64,000 nucleotides of DNA. Origin: an uncultured Chloroflexia bacterium. GTDB lineage: Bacteria > Chloroflexota > Anaerolineae > Anaerolineales > Villigracilaceae. This document shows positions 16,587 to 26,238 of the stretch, one piece after another. The stretch's first letter is position 1; each line of letters begins with the position of its first letter. The DNA lies in the NCBI GenBank assembly GCA_963809585.1, contig CAWEKL010000002.1, positions 46,050 to 110,049 on the forward strand, written 5' to 3'. The notes under the pieces are model-generated. The model was not told where the DNA came from. It saw nothing but the letters and a program-made list of their open reading frames with translations, and ran no database searches. Position numbers and translations under genes: made by a program.

Positions 16587-19500
16587 TTAATTTCCATCCG
16601 GCCACTGGCTGCAGGTCTTTCGATAGGCAGCGCCCGGGAAGAACTCCAGCCACTCCGCCTGGCTGAGATTGCGCCCGGCGATTTCACAGGCACGTCCGGC
16701 CAGGGATACTGGATCGGTGTTCCACAGGATGATGGTATGGTCGTCGCTGGCTGAGGCCAGCATCTTCCCCTCCGGGCCGAAGGTGAGGTCATTTACCGCA
16801 GCTGTGTGTCCCAGAAGTGAAGTAATCTGTCTCGGTGCAGCAGGGTCGGAGATGTCCCAAAGCACGATCGTCTTGTCGCCGCCAGTGGAAGCCAGCGTCC
16901 TGCCGTCGGGGCTGGCAGTCACGTCGAACACCGGTCCGGTATGCCCACTGAGGGTCGAAAGTTGGCGGGGATTGGAGCTGTCCTTCACGTCCCACAGGAT
17001 CACGTGGGTATCCGCGCTGCCCGAGGCCAGCACCGTCCCATTTTGGGCAAAAGCCAGACTGTAGACCTCGAGCGTGTGACCCGTCAGCACGGATAATTTT
17101 CGCGGCGCGGATGGATCGCTGACATCCCACAGGATAATCGAATGGTCCGCGCTCCCGGAGGCGAGCGTCTTCCCGTCAGGGCTGAAGGCCAGGCTGTTCA
17201 CAAAACCCGTATGCCCGTCGAGCTCCGCGATCCGATGCGGTGTGGTCGGATCTGCGATGTCCCAAAGGATTATTTGGTTCGCGTGGTCGCCCGATGCCAA
17301 TATCTTCCCATTCGGGCTGAAGGCCAGGCTCAGCACAGAATCCGAATGACCCTCGAGTACTGATATTTGGCTGGGGGATTCGGGGTCCGAACTGTCCCAA
17401 AGGATGATTTTGTGATCCCCGCCGCCCGAGGCCAGGATGCGCCCATTCAGGCTGTAGGCCAGGCTGAACACCCCCCCGGGGTGGCCATCCACCGAGGCCA
17501 TTCCATACTCCTGCGTGACCTCCGGGATGGAGGCATCCCGCAGCGTGATCGCTCCGCTGTAACCTCCGGAGGCAACGGTCTTTCCATCCGGGCTGAGCGC
17601 CAGTCTTGTGATCCCCTCGTTGGGATCTATGAAATTACCAAGTTCGCGGGGCGAGTTTTGATTTATGACATGCCACAGGATGATCCGCTCGTCACCGCCC
17701 GCCGAGGCGAGGGTAAGGCTGTCCGGGCTGAAGGCAAGGCTGTACACCACTGCCGAATGGCCCGTGAGCTGCTTGAACGACCCCCAGTTCGATTGATCCC
17801 ACAGGATGATCGTATTATCCTCACTGCCTGAGGCCAGAATGGTACCGTTTGGGCTGAACGCCACGCTGCTGACCGCATCGGTATGGCGCGAAGGCAGGGG
17901 AGACAGTTCTGTAAGCTCCGACCCGCCCGGTGCCGTAAATGTAAATGTATCCACCATATTGTCGATGCCCGCAGCCAGTTCTTCTCCATCCGGGCTGAAT
18001 GCGAGGCTGTAGATAATGAGACCCTGGGTTTGTGTGGTCGGAAGCGGGGAAAATACTCCGGGTATCAGCACATTCCCCGTCGTGACCGGCAAAGATTGCA
18101 GTTGTTTCGGCGAGCCGGGATCCGAAACATCCCATAAAATGATGGTTTGATCATCGCCTCCGGAAACGAGCAGCGGCCGTTTGGGGTTAAAGGCCAGGCT
18201 GCGTACCCGGATCTTGTGTCCTCTAAGCGTCGTCAAGAGACGCGCTGCCGCCCGGTCCGACACATCCCAGAGCAGGATATCGCCGCCTTCACCACCCGCC
18301 GCCAGCAGGTTTCCATCGGAACTGAAGGCCACAGTATAAATAGAACCTGGATAGCCGGTCAGCCGGGCGAATTGGACTGGGGATTTCGGATCGGAGATGT
18401 CCCACAGGATGACCGTCTTGTCATTGCTCCCCGAGGCAAGTGTTTTCCCGTCCGGACTGATGGCCAGGCTCGTGACCCAGTTCTCATGTCCATTCAAGGT
18501 GGCAAGTTGGTGCGGCGCGTTCGGGTCGTGCATATCCCACAGGATGATCGACCGGTCATGGCCCCCCGAGGCGAGCAACGATCCCATCCGGGCTGAACGC
18601 CACCGCGCGCACCGGCCCCGAATGTCCCGCCAGGAAACGGTCGAGGTACGGGGTGGAGAGCGTCCCGAAGAGACTGCTGCGGGTCTGTGCGCTGTCCTGC
18701 TGGCGGAAGGCCTCCACGCTGAGCAGCAGCGAAAGGTCCAGTTTCTTGTCGAAATAATACAGCGCCTGCGCCGAAAGCTGCCCGGCGCGCGCCAGCACTG
18801 CCTGCCGCCGGGCCTGTGCCGCTTGCGACAGCCCGAAGATCGCCAGCGCCAGCATTACAACCGAAACCGCGACCGAGGCAATCACCACCGCCAGCCTGCG
18901 GCGCTCGACCGCGGCCTGCTCGCGTTTTTGCAGCGCCTCACAGGCGTTGAGGTAATCTTGTTCCTCTTCGTTCAGGCTGAAGCGCGACCCCTTGCTCAAC
19001 TGGACCGCGTCTTCCAGCCGCCGGCCGCGATGCACCAGCAGGTTCTCATCCTTATTGGCGGCTTGCCATTCCAGCGCGGCCTCCCGCAGCCCCTCGCGCA
19101 CCCGCAGCCCGGCGCGGTCCTCCTCCAGCCAGTCCCGCAGGCGCGGCCAGTGGCGGATCAGTGCCTCGTGGGCCACCTCCACTTCATCCTCGCCCGTGAC
19201 CGGGTTCACGCTCGTCACTGCCAGGCGCGCGTCCGCCAGATGCTGAACCAGCGCCAGCGTGGCAGCCTCATCTCCGCCTGCCGGGACCAACTCCTTGAAG
19301 CGCACCCGCCGCCGCGTATCCCGTCTCTCGCCGCTGGCGGTCTCGTCGTCCAGCCGGGTGAGCCGCAGGAAAATATCCCGCATGCGCTCCTTCCCGTCCG
19401 CGGAAAGCCCGGCATAGACCTCCTCGGCCGTATGAGCGATGGCCTGCTGGACCCCTCCGATGGCGCGGTATTCGGCCGCGCGCAGCCAGCGCCCGTGACG

Positions 19501-21484
19501 CCGTTCCCAGAGCAGCAGGAGGGCATGCTGCAGCAGCGGCATCGCTCCAGGCTCCCCCTGCACATCATCCAGGATGGTCTGGGGCAGGTCGGCCTCAAAG
19601 CGCAGCCCCACGTGCACGGCCTGCTGCTCCATGGCCGAGCGCAGCTCGGCAGCATCCATCGGTGCCACCAATTCCTGGTGCGCCTGCATCTCCTCCTTCA
19701 GCGACTCGTACGCAGCCACCTCCCCCCAGAAGTCGGCGCGCATGGTGAGCACGACCGGCTGTTTCTCCTTTAACTGGAGCAGGCGCTCGATGAAATTCCG
19801 GCGCTTGGTTTCCTCCACCGTCAGCGTGAACAACTCTTCGAACTGGTCCGCAACAATGATCTGATCCCCGGAATGCAGCGCGGAATCAAGCTGGCTCAGC
19901 GGGTCGGTCCCCGGCGTCAGGTAGGCCGACTCCCGGTTGAGCGCGGGGACCAGCCCGGCCATCACCAGCGAGGATTTGCCGCTGCCGGAAGGCCCGAGCA
20001 CGGCCAGGAATGGGTGGTCCTTGATGCGCTCCGCCAGTTTTGCGATCAGCGCCTCCCGCCCCATGAAAGAACTCCCGGTCTTCGGTCCGGAACGGGTAGA
20101 GGCCGCGGAAGGGACAGCGCGCGTCATAAGCCGGAGGCGTCTGCCCCATTGCCAGCGCGTTGAAGGACAGGTCACAGACCTCCAGGGAGGTCTGGTTGAG
20201 GGCGGTCAGGGCAGCATCAAAATCCGCGCGCGTCGCCCCGCTGAGCGTGGCGCTGTCCGCCTGGAGGCCCGGTTGGAGGCGGGCTGCCTGGGCTTCAAAG
20301 TCCGGCAGGAGCACAGGAGCCCGCACCTGCATCAGGCTTCTCATCGTCTCCACCCCAAACTTGATCTCCTCGGAGGTCAGCGGGCGGTTGAGGGATTCAG
20401 AGAACAGGGGCTGCCCGCCCAGGCGGCTGAAGAGCGCCGGGACGGTGACGTCCTCCTTGCCCTGCAGGCCGGCGAAGGCCTCGCCCAGCGCCCGATCCAC
20501 CTCGCCGTGCTCCCGCAGGCGGGCATAGAAGGTGGCGGCCAGTTCCCCTGCAGTGTTGATGCTGATGCGGTCGGTCATGGCCAGCACCGCCGGCATGCCC
20601 AGCTCGCGCACCAATCTCTGCCCCAGGCCGCCCAGCCCGTTCTCCGCCTCGGGCAGAGCCGAGGCGCAGGTGGAGAGGAAGGTGAAATGCGGCAGCTGGT
20701 CCAGCCGTCCCAGGCGCGTGATCAGTTCCGTGCCGGTGACAGGGCTCCCGTCCCCATCCTTTGGAAAGTACAGGGCGGTTTCCCCCTTGCTGCTGATGTA
20801 TTTCCCATGACAGACGATATGCAGCAGGGTCGGGCGCAGGCTCGTGATCTGCGCGCATAGTTCATCCAGCGTTGCCTTTCCCGCGGCCCCGGCGACCGAT
20901 CCCAGCACCGTGCAGGGGATCTCCCCCAGCGCAGCGCGGACGCTGGCGGCCGTGGCCTCCCGGTCGAAGGATTCCAATCCGTAGTCCCCACCCATGTCCT
21001 CGGGGCCCGCCACCAGCAGGATCGCCCGCAGGTCGCGGCGGCCGAAGGGCGCAAAGCGCCGCTCGATCTGGCTGGGGAGGTACAGGGAGAACGGGGTCTG
21101 CTGGCTGAGCAGGAGATAATCCCAGCCGCGGTCGAAGCGCGCACACAACCGTTCCCAGTGCAGCCCGCGGCAGGTCTTCCGCCTCTACGTTGAGCAGGAC
21201 GCGCAGGGCCTCGTTGTCCGTTCGGGCCTCCGCCACCGCGCGCACGAAGGCGTCCTGGATCTCCTCATGGAAGATCGCCTTTCCCAGCGCCTGGCCGTAC
21301 TGCTGTTCAGCATTCGCGGCCGCGTCCAGCGAGGCAAGGTCGAGCTCGAACGTCCCCGAGCTCCACAAGGCCAGGCTGCCCTCGCCGCGCTCATGGCATA
21401 CCGAGACCGGCCAGGTCGGCCCGGCCTTGCGCTCAATGGTGATCTCAAAGGTATTCAGTCTCTTAACCTCCCGCGGCCATCCAT
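16587..21484 (-). CDS. Giant CHAT (caspase-like) protease - STAND P-loop NTPase - TM - WD40 (about 14 repeats) protein; 3 or more apparent frameshifts; 5' end uncertain
   Basis: The CHAT dyad context is LLHIVCHGKY and FLSTCASAL (ORF 19886-21148). The STAND entry motif is CPFRGLYPFRTEDREFFHG/REALIAKL, with Walker A LAVLGPSGSGKSS and VEVAHEALIRHWPRLRDWLEED (ORF 18556-20175). The TM is LAVVIASVAVSVVMLALAIFGL. About 14 repeats of the type GHxxxVxSxAFSPDG...SGSxDxTIILWD fill ORF 16587-18587. Fragments abut with continuous homology near 18590, 20060 and 21160. Confidence 0.85.
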
Positions 21485-21497
21485 CAAATAAACAACC

Positions 21498-21528
21498 GTG
21501 GGCAGGTCACAAGATGTGACCTGCCCAC
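21498..21528 (-). terminator. Terminator downstream of the lipoprotein gene
   Basis: Perfect 14-bp stem GTGGGCAGGTCACA / TGTGACCTGCCCAC with a 3-nt loop. On the minus strand it is followed by GGTTGTTTATTT. Confidence 0.65.
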
Positions 21529-21534
21529 CAGAAT

Positions 21535-22581
21535 TCAGTTGCATACACAGGCCACTGGATCCCAGTTGTTGCAGCCCGTAGGCGCCGGGCAGGCGTTATT
21601 ATCAGAAGGCTTGGATGGCGTGTTCTTGACCGGACACCCCTGCGGCTCGTTCCCGGTCAGGTTAAATCCCACCCCTGTTCTGCACACATTATCCAGGCCG
21701 AACAGGGACTTCAGCGGATAATCTGGATTACCCCTCACCGGCGACCCGGCCTCTGCTGAGGTGAACCGGTCGTTGTAATCCATTTTGGTCGCATCCTTGA
21801 GGCCGCCATCCGCCAGGACGCCCAGCATGAACTTGGAGGCGCCCAACGACTTCTTGAAGGCGAACTGGATCTGTGTCGAGGGTCCAACGTCCATCCGCAC
21901 CCAGGCCAGGTCGGGGTCGGCATCCCCCGCGCCGCCGTGGAAGACCAGGGTTTCGTACCCATCCCCGGTCAGCGGCGCATCCGACTGCGTGCTGGATTTC
22001 CCGCCGGTGTCGTGGTTCATGTCCGCATACACACGGACGTCGCTGGTATTCCATTCGGTCGTGTAAGGAGGCTGCGCCTGGATCAGGGTGTCCCCATACC
22101 CGTCTGAGTTCAGGTCGATCTCAACGCCATAATCGATCGCCGGGCCGTTGCCTGGTTCCTTGCCAACCAGCGCGATCGATACATAATACCAATCGCTGTC
22201 CGAGCTGACGCTGTAGCTGAGGATGTCCAGGTTGGGGACATAGCTCATTTTCTGGAGGAATGGGCGCTCAAAGCGGTTGATGCGATATGAATCGCCGTAA
22301 GGAGCGCGCTTCTCCGGCGCGGTGCCCGAGGAATTGACATCATAGACCGGCTTCCCGGCCGGGGGGGAATCAGAGGGCTTCATGATGTGGTTGACATCCG
22401 CGGGGACGGGGGTGGCGGAGGCGCCGTTTGGCGAAGGCCCGGCCGTGACCGAGATCAGCACATCGGCGGTCGAGGTGGCTCCGGTCGCCGGGATCGCCCC
22501 CTCAGGCGTGGAGGGAGTGGCGCCGCAGCCCGCAACGAACCAAAGCATGCCAACAGTAAGAACAACAACCCTTGCCTTCAT
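21535..22581 (-). CDS. Secreted lipoprotein of unknown function with Cys-rich C-terminus
   Basis: The signal peptide plus lipobox is MKARVVVLTVGMLWFVAGC. A Ser/Thr/Pro linker follows. The C-terminal 60 aa contain 6 Cys (CRTG...GCPV...ACPAPTGCNNWDPVACVCN). Confidence 0.65.
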   Translation of the reverse strand: MKARVVVLTVGMLWFVAGCGATPSTPEGAIPATGATSTADVLISVTAGPSPNGASATPVPADVNHIMKPSDSPPAGKPVYDVNSSGTAPEKRAPYGDSYRINRFERPFLQKMSYVPNLDILSYSVSSDSDWYYVSIALVGKEPGNGPAIDYGVEIDLNSDGYGDTLIQAQPPYTTEWNTSDVRVYADMNHDTGGKSSTQSDAPLTGDGYETLVFHGGAGDADPDLAWVRMDVGPSTQIQFAFKKSLGASKFMLGVLADGGLKDATKMDYNDRFTSAEAGSPVRGNPDYPLKSLFGLDNVCRTGVGFNLTGNEPQGCPVKNTPSKPSDNNACPAPTGCNNWDPVACVCN

Positions 22582-22777
22582 TCATACTCACTTCCATTTA
22601 CCAATAATGGGCCGAACGATTCTGCGCTGCAATCTCCCCCCGACCCCTGAGGAGCCAAGTGGCAGTATACATAACAACGTTAACCGAGTCAATCCATTTT
22701 GTGCAATTTGGCATATGGGACAAACGCATTCATGCTTGCATCCCGCCTCCCCGGGTGTAGAATCCACCCGATCTCCC

Positions 22778-23779
22778 ATGCCCATCATCCAGGTCGAACA
22801 CCTCCGCAAAGTCTTCAAGGTCCCGCACAAGGACACCGGCCTGCGCGGCGCGGTCAAGGCCCTGTTCCTCCCCAAATACGAGGACAAGGTCGCCGTGGAC
22901 GATATCTCCTTCGGGCTGGAGCCCGGCGAGATGGTCGGCTACATCGGCGTCAACGGCGCGGGCAAGTCCACCACCATCAAGATGCTGACCGGCATCCTGG
23001 TGCCCACCGGCGGCAGCGTGCGCGTGCTGGGACGCGACCCGCACCGCGAGCGCGTGGCCAACGCCCGCGAGATCGGCGTGGTCTTCGGCCAGCGCACCCA
23101 GCTGTGGTGGGACCTGGCCTTCATCGAGTCGCTCAACCTGGTCGCCAAGATCTACCAGGTCCCCGACGCCCGCTACAAGCAGTTGCTGGACGACTTCGCC
23201 GAGACGCTGGAGCTGAAGGAACTGCTGCACGTCCCCATCCGCAACATGTCGCTCGGGCAGAAGATGCGCGCCGAGCTGGCCGCCACCCTGATCCACGAGC
23301 CGCAGGTCGTCTATCTGGACGAGCCCACCATCGGCCTGGACCTGATCGTCAAGGAGCGCATCCGCGAGTTCATCCAGGAGCAGAACCGCGAGAAGGGCAC
23401 CACCGTCATCCTGACCACGCACGACCTGGGCGATATCGAGGAGCTGTGCCAGCGGGTCATCATCATCGACGCCGGGCGCCTGATCTACGACGGCCCCATC
23501 GACACCATCAAGGAGCGCTTCGGCAAGTACCGCGAGATCACCTTCGAAACCACCCGCGCGGCGGAGCATGTCTCCGTGCCCGAGGGCGCCGAGATCACCA
23601 GCGTCGAGCCGCGCCGCCTGACCCTGCGCTTCGACCGCACGCTCACCACCGCCAGCCGGGTGGCCGCCTCGCTGATGAACCAGGTGGAGGTCACCGACTT
23701 CTCCCTCTCCGAGCCCGACCTGGCCTCCATCATCAAGCAGATCTACAACGGCGCGCTGAGCGAGGAGGCCGTGCCATGA
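22778..23779 (+). CDS. ABC transporter ATP-binding protein (COG4586-like, ABC-2 type system)
   Basis: Walker A GVNGAGKSTT, signature LSLGQKMR, Walker B VVYLDEPTIGLD and H-loop TTHD are all present. The true ATG is at 22778 (MPIIQVEHLRKVF), downstream of the ORF-track start. Confidence 0.9.
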   Translation: MPIIQVEHLRKVFKVPHKDTGLRGAVKALFLPKYEDKVAVDDISFGLEPGEMVGYIGVNGAGKSTTIKMLTGILVPTGGSVRVLGRDPHRERVANAREIGVVFGQRTQLWWDLAFIESLNLVAKIYQVPDARYKQLLDDFAETLELKELLHVPIRNMSLGQKMRAELAATLIHEPQVVYLDEPTIGLDLIVKERIREFIQEQNREKGTTVILTTHDLGDIEELCQRVIIIDAGRLIYDGPIDTIKERFGKYREITFETTRAAEHVSVPEGAEITSVEPRRLTLRFDRTLTTASRVAASLMNQVEVTDFSLSEPDLASIIKQIYNGALSEEAVP

Positions 23780-24589
23780 TCCAGTCACTGCGGCGCGGCG
23801 CTTCCATCTACGGCGCCGTCGCGGCCACCGCGGCCAAGGCGCGCCTCGCCTACAACATGTGGGTGTGGGCGGACTTCTTCGTGACCTTCGCCTCCATGTT
23901 CATCTTCGTGTACTTCTGGCGGGCGGTCTATGAGGGCGCCTCCACCCTGGGCGGCCTGAGCCTCTCGCAGACGATCAACTACATCCTGCTGGCGCGCCTG
24001 CTGGCTCCCCTGATCGAGAGCCGCACCATCTTCTTCTTCGGCTTCATGATCCGCCAGGGACAGATCGCCGTGGAGATGACCCGCCCGCTGGACATGCAGC
24101 TGCGCATCTTCGTCGAGTCGCTGGCCGAGATGGGCACCTTCCTGGTCCAGCGCCTGCCGCTGTTCGTCATCGCCTGGCTGCTCTTCGGGCTGCAGCTGCC
24201 CTCCAGCCCGGCGCTGTGGGGCGCTTTCCTGGTTTCGCTGATCCTCGGGAGCACGCGTGCTCTTCCTCTTCGACTGGATGTTCGCCTGCCTCGCTTTCTA
24301 CGTCACCGAGACCTGGGGCCTGAGCGTGGTGCGCATCGGCGTGGGCTCCTTCTTCAGCGGCGCCCTCGTCCCGCTGGCGATGATGCCCGGCTGGCTGCAG
24401 AAGCTGGCCGCCTCCATGCCCTTCGCGCAGGCGCTGTCCGTGCCGGTCTCCTTCCTGAGCGGCATCACCCCGCTGGCGGAGGCCCCGCGCCTGTGGCTGA
24501 TCCAGCTCGCCTGGCTGGCGGGCCTGCTCGTCGTCTCGCGGCTGGTCTTCCGCGTCGCCATGCGCAAGGTCACCGTCCAGGGCGGCTGA
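23776..24589 (+). CDS. ABC-2 family permease (one apparent frameshift near 24250)
   Basis: The ATG overlaps the ATPase stop as ATGA. Hydrophobic MIQSLRRGASIYGAVAATAAKARLAYNMWVWADFFVTF... continues after the frame change as LFLFDWMFACLAFYVTETWGLS... (ORF 24257-24589). Confidence 0.75.
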
Positions 24590-24592
24590 ACC

Positions 24593-25381
24593 ATGCTCCG
24601 CTACCTGCGCCTCTACCGGCACTTCCTGCTCCAGCGCTTCAAGATCCTGATGGAATACCGCCTGAACTTCTTCATCGGGTCGGTCTCCACGATGATCCTG
24701 CAGGCCGCCTCGCTGGGGGCCATCTGGGTGGTCATGCGCCAGATCCCCTCGCTCAACGGCTGGACGTTCTACGAGGTCATCCTGATCTACGGCCTGCTGA
24801 CCATGGGCAAATCGATCACGCACATGTTCGCCGACAACCTGTGGACCATCGGCTGGAACTACGTGCGCAGCGGGGACTTCGACCGCTTCCTGGTGCGGCC
24901 GATCGACCCGCTGTTCCACCTGCTGGCGGACCGCTTCTGCCACGACGGCATCGGCAACTTCCTCACCGGCGGGGTACTGATCGGCGTGGCGATGAAGAAC
25001 CTGGGCATCGCCTTCAGCGCCCTGCATCTCCTGTACCTGGTGGTGAGCGTGCTGAGCGGCGGGCTGATCTTCATCGCCCTCAACCTGATCACCGCCACCT
25101 CGGCCTTCTGGATGATCGAATCGATCCCGGTCACGCAGATCGTCTTCAACCTGAACGAGTTCGCCAAGTACCCGCTCAACATCTATCACCAGGGCATCCG
25201 CATCCTGCTGACCTGGCTCATTCCCTACGGCTTTGTCTCCTTTTACCCGGCCAGTTACCTGCTGGGGCGGGACGTGGGCCTGCTGGTCTGGCTCAGCCCG
25301 GTGGTGGCCGGGGTGCTGATCCTGGTGGCGTACCGCGTCTGGCTCTTCGGCCTGCGTCACTACTCCGGCACGGGGTCGTGA
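24593..25381 (+). CDS. ABC-2 family permease (second membrane subunit)
   Basis: 262-aa multi-TM ORF starting 3 nt after the previous stop. The sequence MLRYLRLYRHFLLQRFKILMEYRLNFFIG is typical of the paired permeases of this transporter type. Confidence 0.8.
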   Translation: MLRYLRLYRHFLLQRFKILMEYRLNFFIGSVSTMILQAASLGAIWVVMRQIPSLNGWTFYEVILIYGLLTMGKSITHMFADNLWTIGWNYVRSGDFDRFLVRPIDPLFHLLADRFCHDGIGNFLTGGVLIGVAMKNLGIAFSALHLLYLVVSVLSGGLIFIALNLITATSAFWMIESIPVTQIVFNLNEFAKYPLNIYHQGIRILLTWLIPYGFVSFYPASYLLGRDVGLLVWLSPVVAGVLILVAYRVWLFGLRHYSGTGS

Positions 25382-25854
25382 GGGAAGGAGGGAACCCTCA
25401 AGAACCACACTTCGGCTGATGAATTGCATTATGAAACAATGAGGATCAATTCCGATTCCCGGGCTTGAGAAGGGCTTTTTACGGGTAAGCCGGCGACCCT
25501 GCTCGCCTGATTGAATTGTTGTTTTGTTCATTTTTGCCCCGTTTTTTTGCGTTTTTCCGCAAAATATGGATGCCGGAACAATCAAGAACAATTATCCGCT
25601 CAATCGAGAGGGTAGCTCCGGCGCTCCGTGCGCCGCACCTTCGCATCTCCTTCGCTTCGCTCGCTTCGCTCGGAGTGCTACGCAATGCTCGGTGTGCTTC
25701 GCGAGAGCGGGCGATACGGGTGCTTCGGATGCTCGCGAATGCCCGCTCGCCCGCCGGAACAATTGCAACAATTCGAAGCTGAGAAAAGAATCGCTATTCG
25801 AGAAAATAGGGAGTCGAGCCAGGAGGTAAGTTTCGAGATCCAAGTCGAGGATGA

Positions 25855-25946
25855 AAAATCACAAAATTCAAAGTCCACCGCTATGCGGATACCGGAAAGG
25901 GGAATGGAGGTGAGGAGAGAAAATTGATCCTGACAAGATTTGCATC
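25855..25946 (-). ncRNA. Candidate short divergent transcript (copy A); hypothetical
   Basis: Predicted from the minus-strand promoter at 25953-25981. It has a CU-rich body (CTCTCCTCACCTCCATTCCCCTTTCC) and a small hairpin CCGC-ATA-GCGG (25878-25888), then a U-rich tract (complement of 25853-25874). Confidence 0.25.
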
Positions 25947-25952
25947 GATGCA

Positions 25953-25981
25953 AGTATATAGAATATATGTTCCAGAGTCAA
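25953..25981 (-). promoter_or_regulatory. Near-consensus sigma70-type promoter on the minus strand (copy A)
   Basis: The minus strand reads TTGACT (complement of 25976-25981), a 17-nt spacer, then TATACT (complement of 25953-25958). The same architecture is conserved at 35164-35192. Confidence 0.5.
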
Positions 25982-26171
25982 CCGATGAGCAAAAAACGCA
26001 TCCCGGCACGGGATGACTTCCTGGTGACATTCTTCCCTTCCCGGAAGCGCCTGGGATTTGCTACACTCAATGTACCGCTCGCAGGTGGGGAGTAGGAACT
26101 TGCCCCGGGTTATAGACGGATGGCGTTGGAGGTGGAATGGAAATGACGCAAAAAGAGGAGACCTCCGGTCG
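25955..26171 (+). repeat. Conserved leader element, copy A (217 nt)
   Basis: About 90% identical to 35166-35382, with only 2 mismatches across the roughly 105-nt core GGGATTTGCTACAC...GACGCAAAA. The 3' 150 nt are also homologous to 26570-26723. It ends in GGAGGTGGAATGGAAATGACGCAAAAAGAGGAGACC. Confidence 0.85.
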
Positions 26172-26238
26172 TGGCCCCTCTGCTGTCGCCTTCGGGGTGT
26201 TGCGCGAGCGGCGGGGTCGGGAGACTGCGGAGGTTTAA

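Noticed and set aside
22699-25419. A 906-aa plus-strand ORF spanning the whole ABC transporter locus.
   Set aside because: It is a stop-free alternative frame. Only the segment 23776 to about 24250 (the N-terminal half of permease 1) is genuine. The ATPase and second permease are read in other frames with canonical motifs.
25925-26017. A possible 30-codon ORF (TTG start) spanning the divergent promoter (…YRIYVPESTDEQ…), partly mirrored in copy C.
   Set aside because: The apparent peptide conservation is explained by nucleotide conservation of the promoter core. The start codons differ between copies, and copy C terminates early.
26000-26160. The leader as a known riboswitch: ZTP-like GCGCCTGGGA, or c-di-GMP-like GACGCAAA.
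   Set aside because: Only 8-10-nt resemblances to parts of those consensus sequences exist, and the other conserved helices and nucleotides are absent. The cargo genes are unrelated to purine/folate or c-di-GMP biology. This needs cmscan to settle.
25955-26171. The leader repeats as DGR template/variable repeats or as retron msr/msd.
   Set aside because: Differences between copies are not adenine-specific. No reverse transcriptase is in the window, and the copies lie in non-coding leaders rather than at the 3' end of a target gene.
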